A stretch of DNA of 63,357 nucleotides, counting the filler, from Intoshia linei (taxonomy: Eukaryota; Animalia; Orthonectida), in assembly GCA_001642005.1 (NCBI GenBank). It is 4 parts of 4 records of this genome, joined end to end, with 100 filler letters (N's around TTAATTAATTAA, not from the genome) between each part and the next. Parts side by side here need not be neighbours in the genome. Positions count along the whole stretch, not along the records: positions 1 to 15,341 come from LWCA01000918.1; positions 15,442 to 40,987 come from LWCA01000495.1; 2 more parts are not named here. One strand, 5' to 3'. This document shows, one piece after another, positions 13,934 to 27,900 of this stretch. The position numbers and the translations under genes were made by a program. Position 1 is the first letter of the stretch; each line of letters begins with the position of its first letter. The notes under the pieces were generated by a model. The model searched no databases. It was not told the origin of the DNA and saw only the letters and a list, made by a program, of their open reading frames with translations.

Positions 13934-14660
13934 TTTTTTGAAAGAGTCATTTATAATTGAAATTAGTTTAAATATAATTTAAAGTTATATAAATTATAAA
14001 TTAATTTAAGGTATATAGGTTGATACATTTACGTATAAATAGAACAACCACCAATATTAATAATTAGAACAAATTACATAAATATTATCGTAAATTAAAG
14101 CAAATTCTATTACAAAATCAGTATAATTTAAGCATGATTTATTCAACACTAATATATTTCAGTGAAAGTATACAAAGGCATTTAATATTGAATAAAAGAT
14201 TCATGATTCATTTTTGCAAACTCAAATTACATTCAATTTAAACAAAAACAGATTAACACCAAATTGTGTTGGATTGTATATAATTAGTAAATTAACCGTA
14301 CATGTGTAATTGTATCAATTTAATTTTTTTTCTTTATTTGACACATATTAACTCATTGTGTAACATAAAATATTATTCACCTACTAATTTTAAAAATAAT
14401 GAAACAATTATTTACATGTATAATTATTTGACTGACATACAAGAATCATATTAATAGTACAATACGATTCTGTTATGTTTTCGAAAAATAATTATTTTTA
14501 CTATCAAAATTGTAGAGTATTTTTAAATGGTTTTAAATTAAAGGAATGTAAATAAATGTATTCTAAATATTAAGTTCAGTGATACTCAACGTTTTTTTTA
14601 CATCCTTTATTATACCTAACATTATATAATACATTAACTGATTTAGAATTTAGATTGAGA

Positions 14661-15341
14661 TTATTTTATATTAGAATTACGATGAGGTCTTCGATCTCTA
14701 AAGAGGGACTGTTGTTTTGATTTTATTGGTTGATTTGGTTCGTAATTATTGAAATGAAAAGAGTTTTTTCTGACCTTCGTGTCATGGAATTTTTTCATTA
14801 GATTGCGGTAGCTTTTTATTTTAGAATAGATATGGTTTTCTAATTTAGCACCGTGGAAAACTGTTTCAATCGGCGATTTTAATGTGCTACATGCAGGTAA
14901 GAATCTCATGCTGGTGAGAATATTTGAGATTTTTTTGTCCCAATCGGAGAAATTATCTTTGCATAGTACACGTAGTTTTTCTCAGATTGTTCGGTTATTC
15001 CTTTCAACCTTACCAATTTCATTGTGCATGTAGGGTTTGGCCAATGTGTGATTGAAATTGAAAGTTTTAGATAGTTTCGTCATTATGTTCGATTCAAATT
15101 GGCGTCCGCGATTGGTTTGAATCAGTTGGGGTGGTCTGTATCGGCAGATTATATGAATAAAAATTGCATTTGCTACTGTTTCAGCAGTGATATCTTCTGT
15201 CACTTGATATAAACAATAACCTGAAAAGTGGTCTACCATATTAATAATGTATTTATTTCCAGAGTTTGTTACAGGTAACGGACCGAAGATATCAATCTGC
15301 CAAACCTCATTAAAATGATTTGTTTCTACCGGTTTTAAAGG
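14661..15341 (-). mobile_element. Ty3/Gypsy integrase remnant, truncated by the assembly gap
   Basis: 'WQIDIFGPLPVTNSGNKYIINMVDHFSG...RYRPPQLIQTNRGRQFES...PYMHNEIGKVERNNRTI*EKLR' is an rve integrase core with an internal stop. Similar to the 27517-28179 integrase. Confidence 0.88.
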
Positions 15342-15441
15342 NNNNNNNNNNNNNNNNNNNNNNNNNNNNNNNNNNNNNNNNNNNNTTAATTAATTAANNN
15401 NNNNNNNNNNNNNNNNNNNNNNNNNNNNNNNNNNNNNNNNN
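15342..15441. other. Artificial contig spacer (N44-TTAATTAATTAA-N44)
   Basis: Exactly 100 nt; TTAATTAATTAA gives a stop codon in all six frames; identical at three sites. Confidence 0.97.
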
Positions 15442-15962
15442 TAAATAGTAAAAGATTAATTTATTATTAACCGTGTACGTCAATTGTTATTAACAATTAT
15501 TGAACCGATAAAAAGTACAATTTAAACATTAAAATCCGTAATTATGTTAAAAGAAAATTGTAAGGAAAGTTGTATTGATTTTTACCAATATTTGCAAAAT
15601 GATAGTGAATTATGTAAAAAAATCATTTCCAATGATAAATATCAATAAAACTTATATTTCCATTTCATATTTAAATTGTTCTTTTTGTTTTTGAAACATT
15701 TCGAAAAGTACGTATTTAGTACTTATAAAATCTGGACACTCGATCTTAACTGGAGATAATAAAATTAAATCCTTCAAAGTCAAAAACCCAATTATCCTTT
15801 TTTTTTTAAATATAAAGAATGTATAATTTAAAAAAATAAACTATTTGATACAAATTTTAAAATCATGAAAATTATCATACATTTCATTTTCAAAAACACC
15901 CAGGTATTCACCCACCTGACAATTACCCACCTACATTATACAGATGAAATACATAATATTAC

Positions 15963-18900
15963 TTTAATAACTTCACCAATTTGGCTGCTTGGTGAGGTTT
16001 CGTAAAGCATTTCACATGATATTGAAATTCAGACCCCAATGGTAATTCTTCATTCGATCCTATTTTAGTGTACACTAAATAGCATTGACATTTATATTTC
16101 AGGTATGGAATACCATTATTTAATGGATAGTTAATTTGTGTTTTTACATCGTTTAATCCTCCATATGCCAAAGACATGTTGATTGCAAATGTATTGAGAT
16201 ACTTATTTACTTCATTTTCATTGTAATAATAATCCGCATAATCCTACTTGTATATATTAACTCTTAGACTTCAAAGTAGTCAGTTATGAAAATTAACATT
16301 TTGGATAAATTAAAACTATTAAGATCTGAGTAATCAGCCGCACTATCAAACGATAGTAAATCAAATGATCGTAAATCAAAAGATCGTAAAAATATACTAA
16401 TACATGTATTACACTTTAATACAGTGTTTCTTAAACGGTGTGCCGCGAAATTATCTAGGGGTGCCGAGGAGAAATTTTATTTAATAATATTAATTAGTGT
16501 CATATATTTATACGACGTATACGATTATAATCGTATTCGTAATTAAACCGTAATTACGGAACATACTATACATTTTTCATAAAAATAATGTAAAAAGTTT
16601 AATATTAGTTAAATTATTAATAAATTTAGTGATTTTTGAAGAAGTGACGGGATCACATTAAAATATTAGTTTTTACTATTTCATTATACATTTTGTATAC
16701 AAAATGTTTTATGAGCGATAAATAATATTTCATGCAATTAATTTACAATTTATTTTTTTTAAAATAAATCAGATTATTTTATACATTTTATTTACTAAAA
16801 TTAAAGTTTAATAAAATGTATTGGAATTTATAATTATAAAGTCTAATTATTTAGGCAATAATGTTTATAGACGTTTTCAAATTACCAAAATTTGAACGTC
16901 AATAAAAACCAGAAAAGTCGAGCTATAATCAAACTTTAAAAATTGAAATGTATGGTTAAGCGTGGGTGTTGAGACCATAAAATCTAAACCATAACAACTT
17001 ACCACAATGTTGTTTTTTCAAAAAAATAAAGTTAAATTTAATTTTCTATGCGATTTTCAAAAGGATATTTAAAATGATGAGCGCCACTCGAATCGGCATC
17101 TTTACAACATCCCGTTCTAGATTATTTTATATATTATGATAATATACCATTTCTGCACTAATCGCCCTTAATTCTTTTCATACACCCTAGTGAACACCAT
17201 ATGATATTTCTATTTTTTTTTGTAATATGGTTTATAGGTATAATATGGTATCTTAATATTTTAGTTTTAACTTGGGTCTGTAGATCTAGGATCCAATATT
17301 ATCATATACATTATTAAAATTAATATTAACTACGATTATAAAATACGATCTTTTGATTTACAATCAAAACACTACGATCATGTGATTTTACGATCATTTA
17401 AACTGACACGGAGTAATCATACATTTGAATAATAACAAATTTACTAAGAATGAGTCATTGTTATGTCGAAGATATTGTATTATTTTATAAGCGTTTTACA
17501 GCTCAGCGTTTTAAGTTTTGTTGCTCACATACATACACAGTATATAAATTTTAAGCCAAAACGTGTCATTTGTCAACTATATAAATTAATATTTATTTCG
17601 TTACTAAGAAATCAAAACAATTATTGTCGGGTCACAAACAGTAACATTTAAAAAATTAGTAAAAAAGTATTTTCTCCTTTTTTTTACCCTTAGTTACTCT
17701 ATTCTATCAAACCCAGTACAACAGATCACTGTATTAAACTCCATTGACCATTATTATATGAGTTTCTTTTAATATATAAAATTTGACCGGATCAAAAGCT
17801 GAACCCATGACCTTGATAATTACGAATGTTAGACAACATATTTATGTCTATTAGAAATATCATCAAAGCATTGTAGCAATGGGACTTAAATAATTAATTT
17901 TTCTTTTATATTTATTTGTTCGTTTAAAATATAAAATCTTACTCCAACATAACTAACTTTACTCATAATTAATTTTATGGATATATACAATAAACAGTTT
18001 TTACTTGATTTTAAGAAAAATTCATAATAAACCAAAAGAAAAAATATGTTTACATCATATAATATTTTAATTCTTTACTTTTAAAATTCAATGTCTGTGT
18101 GTGCGTATGTCTGTGTACCGTATATTTAAAAAATTAACAGTCTTCAAATTAATACAAACCCCATTTCTAATACATGTTTTCGCAGGTAATGTTTATATTT
18201 ATATTTAACTTTCCGAAATTGCCTCCTTCATGGTCAAATACCCAATTTTCCCTTTTTTTTTGATAAAATTAAATCATCAAAAAATTTTAATAAAATATAC
18301 ATTCTGGGACGCGTTTTAAAATCATTAATATTGTCGTAACTATCAGTTTCAGAAACGCATACCTTCACGATCAAAACCCTACATTACCGTTTGTTTAAAA
18401 AATGTAGATAGTGCTATCATTTTAAAAAAAATATAAAAAATATAACAAAAATTTTCAAATACAGTGAAACCTCCACTATTTGACAAAAACGGGCTCTCGA
18501 AATTTCAGACAAATAATAGAAACTCTTTATTAGTAATTAAGAAATATTTTAAATTGTCGACGATAAAAATATAGTAAAACCTTGGAAATGCGAAAATAAT
18601 TAAAAATGTGATTCTTATATTAAATTTTAAACTCAAATAAAAATTATATATTATTAATTTATAATACATTTAATTAATATTAATATATTTTTGTATATTA
18701 AAATAATATAAATTGTGAAAGATTAATTGATTATTTTAAATAACATAGTCACATTAGAATTTAGATTGGTTACGATAATTAACATTAGGATTTTAATGTT
18801 TATTTCAAAAAAATTTACGGCAAATAGTAGAAACGGTCAAATAACGAAATCTTTATATAAAAATACTAAAAATAAAGTTTTTTTGAGTAAATAACAGAAT

Positions 18901-21900
18901 CGGAAAATAGTCGAGGTTCCACTGTAGTTCGATTTTCTAGTAAGGTGTTAAATTAAATTCACTGAAATTTGCGACATAACGTATAAAAGTTACATACCCT
19001 TCTCACATCAGTAATTGAATCTTTTAAATTGTCCAACTCAAATGTTCGTAAACTGAATTTATTTATAATCTAAGAATATAAATTTAAATTTAACTTAACA
19101 TAAATAATAATTACATAATTCATATAAAACTTTTGTTAACAACTTGAAAGTCATATTATATAATAAAAAAACAATAATATAAATCTCACATCACCTTAAT
19201 TTGCGGGAATAACCTTTTTATCTATGTTAGACGATGAAAGAATTGCATTTATTGACATTATCATAATTTTAATATGTGAGCATTTCATAAATTTTCTGTA
19301 TTTAGTTTCGAATATCTAATGTAGATATAATTGGATATTAATGTGTATGTCATCAAATTTTATTTTTTAAATTACCGTTAAATTTAATCCAAATTCATCT
19401 GTTAATTTTATTTCATTTTCGACATCATTAGGAACGAAATAAGTTTTATAAAAAAACTAAATTGACAAATTAAAATTTAAAAAAATGATATAAAGTTAAT
19501 AATACGCACATTGATAAAATTGAAAACCGCTTCAGAAAAATAAAGCATGGTATTTTTTACAACCTTTTCTTCATTACTTCTATATTTAATTATTATAATT
19601 ACTATTAAATTATTCTGTATAATTTTGATAATTTATTACAAAAATTCAAAAAAATAGGGGAAGATTTAATGAGAACACTGTTCGGGTCCAATTTGAAATA
19701 TTCCATAATTATGATTTGAAAATGATCAGACTGTGGGAATTTTTGAATAATATAAAAAATATAAAATCCAAATATTCTATTAATTATGACTAAATTTCCT
19801 TTCCTCTAACTATGACTACTTTTAATAAATTTTGAAATTACAACTTTTCTTTAGTTTTGAATAGTAAGATTAGTGACTCTGAATTTTCCGTTGAATACTT
19901 GTTCATATAATCCACATCATCATTCAACAATTTTATTAATTTCCAAATTCGTCTGTAAATGAAAATTAATTTTTTAAAAATTAAATTATGTTCATAGTAA
20001 TAAAAAAATAATAATTTTACTCGTCATGCGCAAAGTTTTCAAGCGTCAAACTAATGACATCGTCCGCTGTGTTAAGATAAACCCATTGTAAAAAACGAAT
20101 AAAAGGCATTTTTATATAATTTTTAATATCTGGGTCTAGTAATATGTTTAATATATCATCTACTGTAAATATTGTTTGACATATAGATTCAATAAATTTA
20201 TTTTCTCCCTAAATATGAATATTTTTGAAAATAAAAATATTACTTCAGCACACGTAGCTAATAAATCAATCAACTCAACTAAATACATTTTTTCTTGTTT
20301 ATTATCTCCCTTCAATATGTTTACCCTAATAAATATAAATATTGAAAAATTGAAAAATATACCTTTGATCGTTGTCGACGTCAATTAATTTAGCAATTTT
20401 TTGACGAAATGCCATAAAGTATTTGATAACTAGACTTTGATTTCTTTTAAGAGGTAAATCAAGTTCCTCCACTTTGACACAAGCATTTAAAACTTTTAAC
20501 AGTTCCGGGCAGTTTATTGTTAATGTAGAAATTATGGACATTATAATATATATTTGTTCGCTTCTAACTTTCATGCATGCGTTCTTATTTCCAGTAAAAA
20601 TCTATATTAAAATTAATTTCATTTATTTCATTATTTATTAAAATACAAGATGATGTATTTAAATATATGATAAGTATCACTATGGATATATATTTAAATG
20701 CACCTCAATTAAGGTTTCCGCCATCAATTTTTCAGCTCCCTTAATATTAAGAATAAATTCTAGTTTTTCAAATAAAATATTTTGAACCACGTGATTTTTC
20801 ATTGCCAGAGCTTTCAATAATTCAAAACACTTTTCAAATAATATTCGAGTTGCATGAAATTTTCCCTAAAATAAAATGTATAAACAAAAAATAATAATGA
20901 ATTAACAAAATCTATTTTTTAAAATAATCCATCTGTAGACATTTGAATATTGAAAAAATTACCAACAATTGAATGTAATTTTCAATTGATGCATTTTCAT
21001 ATGCATAAATATATGCTGTACAGGCAAAATAATTTGCATTATTTTCATACTTTTCCATTAATTCTACATCAACATTTTTACACATTATATTGAAAATGTT
21101 GGCTAGAATATCTAAATATGTTATAAACTTTAATATGGACGTATTATGATCTCGGTGAGAATTAGTGATTTCGATTTTTATCAAATTTATAGATTGTTCA
21201 ATTCATATTTAATTATTAAAAAATTAAATTAAATGTAATTACCTTGATTAAATAACATGGTTTGATTTATTAGATGACTTTCAAAAAAGGTTTTGTCCAA
21301 ATAACAATAACTAAACATACTTTATCTTTAAATCGTAAACTCAAGTGTTAAACAATAACACTATATAAATAAAATGAATTTTTAAATAACATTATATAAA
21401 AGTACCCTATAAGTTCATCCATTTTAATTAATAAGTCGGCTGAATTTTCAGTTACTAATTGAGTGTTCTTAGTATTCTTTAAATATGGCAAGATAGCCGT
21501 AATATTTCCTAGTACTTGAACAGATCTTTCTGTTAATAATACCTATGATAATACTTATTACAGAAATACATTATACTTACATTTGGCGGATCCGAACCTA
21601 CTAATCTCGAAGCCACCGAAATTAAAAATTGACGACTAAAAAAATTTCGCAGGTGATGCTTAGTGTCATATAGTCCCTAGCCACAATTCCAAGAGTATTT
21701 ACTCAATATGTTTACACTCGATACTCGATACACAATACATACATACAACATATATACATTTAGCATGAGTATGCAATAGGGTGATCACTTTTGCATATTT
21801 TGTTCAAAAATAAAAAAGTCATTATGTTCATCAAGATTATTGGTGGTTGTAATCACTTATCTGAAAAAATTATTCAAATTGGTTGAGTTTATTCCGGCGG

Positions 21901-24900
21901 AGAAATAGGTCCAAGACGTTTGAAACTAATGAATGGTAAAATCTTTCTCTTTTCATATGATCTAAGTATTTGAACTATGCATTCGAAGCCATTGCAAGGT
22001 TATCACATTTTAACTCAATTGGAGAACACTGGTAACCCTCGTCATTACAGTCGTCTATGTGCTCTTCTACAATTGATTCACATTGAACAATTTTTATTTC
22101 TTTTTCTTATCTTTTCAATTTTAGACTTATTGCCGTTAAAAAAATGAAATTAGAGCATTGGAGAACCTTGCTTTTGGTCTCTAATTCAATTTTGTAGAAT
22201 ATCTTATCTGTGTTGACATAATACTTTTATTTTGAATATTAAAAATATTATCAAACCCTTATGGCAGTGCTGTCACAGCCAACCGGTGTGTCGCCAATTA
22301 TCTTCAGATGTGTTGCCAAACTTTTTAAAATTTATTTACATTAATTTATTTCTTAAAATTTATAAAATATTAACAATAATAATGTAAATATTATAGTGTG
22401 ACCCAATAAAATCTTTACATAACTAAAATAGCGTTATTTTTCACTAAATTTGATTAAATTCATCACCGAAATAATTAATTTACAGTTAAAATCAATAAAT
22501 AAATCATCAAATTAGTCATCAAATACACCTGTTAATATCGTTCACGCACATTTTTTAATCATGAAAAAATAACTTGAATATCGTTTATACAAATGTGATT
22601 TTATCCCAACTTATATAAAATGCGACGCGATTTTTGTTTGTCTGTGGGTGTGTCCTACTTTATTGAAATAACATTTCAAATCTTAAGGGTCAAAAACCCC
22701 TGTTATCCATCTTTTTGAAAATTAAACGAATTGGAGAATTTAAAAAAATTATACCTTCATGGCCAAAACCCCAAATTCCCTTCCTTTTTTTTTGAAAACA
22801 GCCCTAGAATTTCAAAAAATTTACATGGTAGAGTTGTATATCCTGAGTACAGTTGTATCCTGTTAACACACATAAAAAATTTCAATCCGAATAAGTGACG
22901 ACCTTCATGTACAAAAATCGATTTTAGTATTCATATATTTTTTTTCCGAAATATTTTATTAAAACCAAAAATGTGAAATAATTAAAGGTCCAAAAATTAA
23001 AAAAAAAGATTATTCTGATAGAGCTTATTCCAGTTGATATAAATACAAAAGTTTAACCTGAGAAATCTACGCATTCCCGATGAAAAATAATTTTTAATAT
23101 ATTATGAACCAATTTTGACCTCAGAAATCTACGCATTTCCGGTGAAAAATAATTTTTAATATATTTTTAACCATTATTTTTCAAATATTTCGATTAAAAT
23201 CCAAAATTGAAAATGTAAATATTGATCCTATAATTTCAAAAAAAATGTGGATTGTACGTCTACACATTTCCAGTAAAGATATATGAGTGAAAATCTATAT
23301 AATTCTTTCCTTTGGATTTTTTTCCATTGCTACGCAATTTATCATTTTCCAATACTCAAATTCAAAAAGTTTAAAATCACTTTGTACTCAATTTTAGTTT
23401 AAAACTACTACAACGAAATGTTAGAAAGTACAACTTTGTTATTACCATTTCTATATTTATTGCAATGTTAGTAAAATTCATCCGAAATATGGTACTATAG
23501 CGTTGATTCCGCTAATTATTGGTATAAAATTGATATTTTTTACTCATCGAAAGTAACTGAATATGTACCATCACATTAAAAAAGAAAATACAGGTTTATT
23601 AAAATTTTATTTTTTTCTGGAATTTAATCTATTTACGACAATTTTTAGGATATACTGTTTTTACTCTAATTCACTTTAAATTAAAATGAAATCTTATATG
23701 ACCGGCGTACGTGAAAAAAGTTTGGGAATCACTCCTTTAAATGATTGGTAATAGTTAATAGTAGCATTTTAAGTTATATAATAAGAATAAAAGATAAAAT
23801 AAAAAAGTCCTCCATCGGCAAACCTAGGTGCTATTTATACGCAGTTTGTAATAACCAAATGGTAAAAATGTGTAGTCCTGGATATTTATATTTTGAGATT
23901 TTGCAGTTGTAAGATTTATATACAAAAACAAAAACATGTGTAGCACTACATGATGAGATAAAATTTACGCACGTGTTAAACAGAAATAAAACATGGGTAA
24001 TAGTGTAAAAAATATTTCATTAAAATCATTTCTGCATAATACATATTTGAATTTGATTATTTTAATTTTGGACGTTATTAATATATTACGTATCTGAATG
24101 CATTCATTTCTAAGCACTGCGAAAATTCGCAAATATTCCCCAAAATGTGACATCTTTATTAAAAACAATTACCTGAGCTTGTATAATATTTTTAAACAAT
24201 TTTTCATAAGATGAATGATATCTGTTTAAAACTTTTAATGATTTTGCAACAATTTCGTCATACTCGTATTCAGCTAAATCCTAAAATAAATAATAAATGC
24301 TAAATTATTAAAACGCATATAAAAGAAATAGTATATTATTATTTATTTACAGTTCGCGACAGCTCTTATGCTTCAGACATTACCTATCCCTTTCAAATTG
24401 AATTCAAACAGTATACCTGATATGTTTCGATAATGATATATAAAAAGACGTTGAAACCATTTATTATATCAATTAAAGCAGAGCCAAACCTACCCAGCTC
24501 AAAACCACCAGAAAATGAACAATAGGCATATTAAAAGAAAATGTTTCACAAACTAAGAATAGAATCAATTTAGAATAATATGGCCCAATTTAATAAACAT
24601 TTCGTCGGTGTCCCGAAACAGGGTCTCGGTGTGCGGTAGGTTCGGTACTGAGTGGAAGGGTGGGTCAAATTTTCACTTTTGAACATAACTTTAATACGAA
24701 AGGTATATTTTGGTTATGAAATATTTTTTTAAAAAATTGGATTTTCTCACAGAACAATGAAATGAAACAATTAATTAAAGCTTTTGAAAAATAAATGTTT
24801 ATATTATTCTGTTTTTGATATATTTCTGAGATAATACCAATAAAATATCATCAAATTTAATCCAAGAACGAATTGAATCAATAATTGACGCATCTAGCAT

Positions 24901-27900
24901 GATTTTAGTCACTTTCGTAATGCATTCTTTGGCTACACTAAATAAAGTATTATTTATTGATTTATTATATAGAATACATTAGTATAAAAGTTGAATATTA
25001 CGAAGCATTTTTTTCTATATCAAATGTATCATAGAGTGCTGCTTCAAAAACGTGAGGAACATTTAAACTTCGAAATCTGGAATCATGAACTTCTTTGAAT
25101 AATGAAATCAAAGTCTACACAAAATTTTTATATTATTTTAAAAAATAGCTCACGCTATCAAATGATAAAGTTATGTGACAGTACGCAAATTGGCGTTTGA
25201 ACTTTTAAGCGTGGTACCGACTTTATAATATTGTTCTCCATGTTAAGTTATACAGTTTATTTTTTTAAATTTGATTCTATCTCAATTTTTTGGATTTTTG
25301 CTAAATTATATGCAATGCATATGATGCATTGAATACAATTTAAATAATGTAAATTGCCAGAATTCGAGAAATTAAATCGTTAATAAAATCCAAAATTAAG
25401 CTAGCAACAAATTTAAAAAAATAAACTGTATAACTAAACATAGAGAACAATATAAAATCGGTGTAATAAAGTGTGATTGTCACCTTTATTTTATATCTCT
25501 CAGTTATATAATATATTATCACTCTTAAAGTGTTTTCACATTAAATCTGAATTCTTATCAAATACTACAAAACACTTTACAATGAAATATAAGTTAATAC
25601 GAATGGAAATGAATTGCATTGCTTCCAATAATGTAGAAAAATGGAAAGTTTTGAGAGATTTATTGAATAAAAATGATTTCAAAATTCTGATAGAGAAAAA
25701 AATTGTTGATGAGACTTTAAAGCCCGATCAGGCCATTCAAATGCTGATTGATGACTCGGTTCCGGAATTTACATTCCGAAACGAGATTAAATTCTTTAAT
25801 ACTTCACAAAATAAATTTGTGACAATAATACAATTCGGAGACAGACTATGTGAAATGGGTTCTTTAACTCAATAGAAAGAAGAAATAAATAGACACATCT
25901 GTAATATGTTGAAGGTTAAAGCAAAATTTTCAAAACATTTACCAGTTGAATATTGGAAAACTTCAAATGTGAAAGATATTATAAATCTCAAGTACCCGCT
26001 AACAATGAAATCAAACGGTGTTTTAGCTGTAATAAACCAGGACATATGGCTCATAATTGTTATTCGAGAAGTGCAAACAAAGACGTAAAACCCAAGATCC
26101 GAAAAATATCGATTAATCCTTATTCCGAAATCAATGCTGAAATGGAATTATTTTATGACAAAAAAAATCGGTAATGGTATTATTTGTGGTGGATACTGGT
26201 TCCCATATTAATTGTTTAAATCGTCAAACTATAAATAAGTTTAGCTTAGGGAAATTAAGTAAATCCGACGTAATTTTACGGTCGTCAGATAATTCTATTA
26301 TGAAAGTTCATGGAAAGGTTGAGTTGATTTGTGGAACTAAGAAAACTATATTTTATATTACTCATACGGTTAACATACGGCACACAGGATGCCGCGAATC
26401 CTTAGGTTATGGAATTATAACCGTTAATGTCAATACTGTTAATAAAAATATACAATATTGTTCAAATGAATTTAAGCATATATAGCTTCAGAGTATTCGG
26501 ACGTGATAACTTCAAAATTGGGTCGCACGAATGTATTGAAACATAACATAAATTTAAAACCTGGTTTCGAATTTAAAAAAATACGTTTACTAAAAAAATA
26601 ACTATCCATCTCCGAATTATAAAAATACCATTTGATATAGATAAAGGCAAATTAAGATGGTATGAAGACCAAGAAGTAACCTTTAACAGATTGAAACAGG
26701 CATTAATTTCGACCCCTTTGCTTAAACTTCCAATTAATGGGGTGGAATTCAACCTTGAAACTGACGCATCTGATGTGGGGATTGGAGCAGTATTGACCCA
26801 GAATGGCCAGGTTATCGAATATTCAGTCGAAAACTTAGTATAACCGAAAGGAATTATTCAACTACGAAGAAGGAGGTATTAGCTATAGTTAGTAGCATAT
26901 TAAAGTTCAAGAGATATTTGATAAACATTCATGTTTCGGTTTATTTGAGAAAGGGTTCAAAAACACCTAATGAATTATTACGAATATTATTAAAGATTGA
27001 GAATTTGGATTATGAGATACATTATATATCAGGAAAATCAAATAAGGCTGCTGATTTTTTATCTCGGGATTGTGTTAGTCAAGAGGTTCGTTTAATTGTA
27101 AGTGACTTAGACTCTCATCGTGAGATACAATGTGATAGTCTTCATATTAAATCCGTACTTGATAATCAAATTGGACGTGATAATGAATTTTACTTTATCA
27201 GACATAGAATAGTAATTAAAGATGAATTGGTGTATTATAAACAGAATAACAAATGCCACATTTTAGTCCCTAAGAACATAATTTCTACCGTTTTAGAATT
27301 TTACCATAAGTCATTAATATTTACACATCCGGATATTCTCAAAATGTTTTATTTAATTAGGAATACATTTTATTGGGTCAACATGTATCGCAATATAAAT
27401 GATTATGTCAACAAATGTGAGAAATGCAATGAATCGAAATATAGAAATCAGTCTATAACAGAAGAGTTGAACCAGATATAACAAACCATGTAAATGAATT
27501 ATGGCAAGTTGATATTTTGGGACTATTTCATGAAACTAGAAATTTGAACCGTTATTTGGTCGTAATGTGTGACCATTTTAGTGGATGGTGTGAGGCAGAA
27601 CCAGTTAGTACCAGAACCATAAATGCTGATAGTATATACCGAGTTTTATTTAACAATTTAATCTTTCGTTTTGGTCCTCCAAAGTTTATACACTTTGATT
27701 CAGCCCGATAATTTGAAGGCAAAATAATTACAAAATTATGCGAAATGTTTTTTATTGGGAAAGGTCATTCAAAACCTTACCGACACAACGAAAATGGCAT
27801 GGTAGAAAGAATGAATCGGGTTATACGTGAAAGATTAAGAATAGTTTGTAATGATGATCACACAAATTTGGATGAATTGATTCCATACGTTATGATGAGT

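Noticed and set aside
15386-15397. TTAATTAATTAA motif repeated three times
   Set aside because: Assembly linker, not biological.
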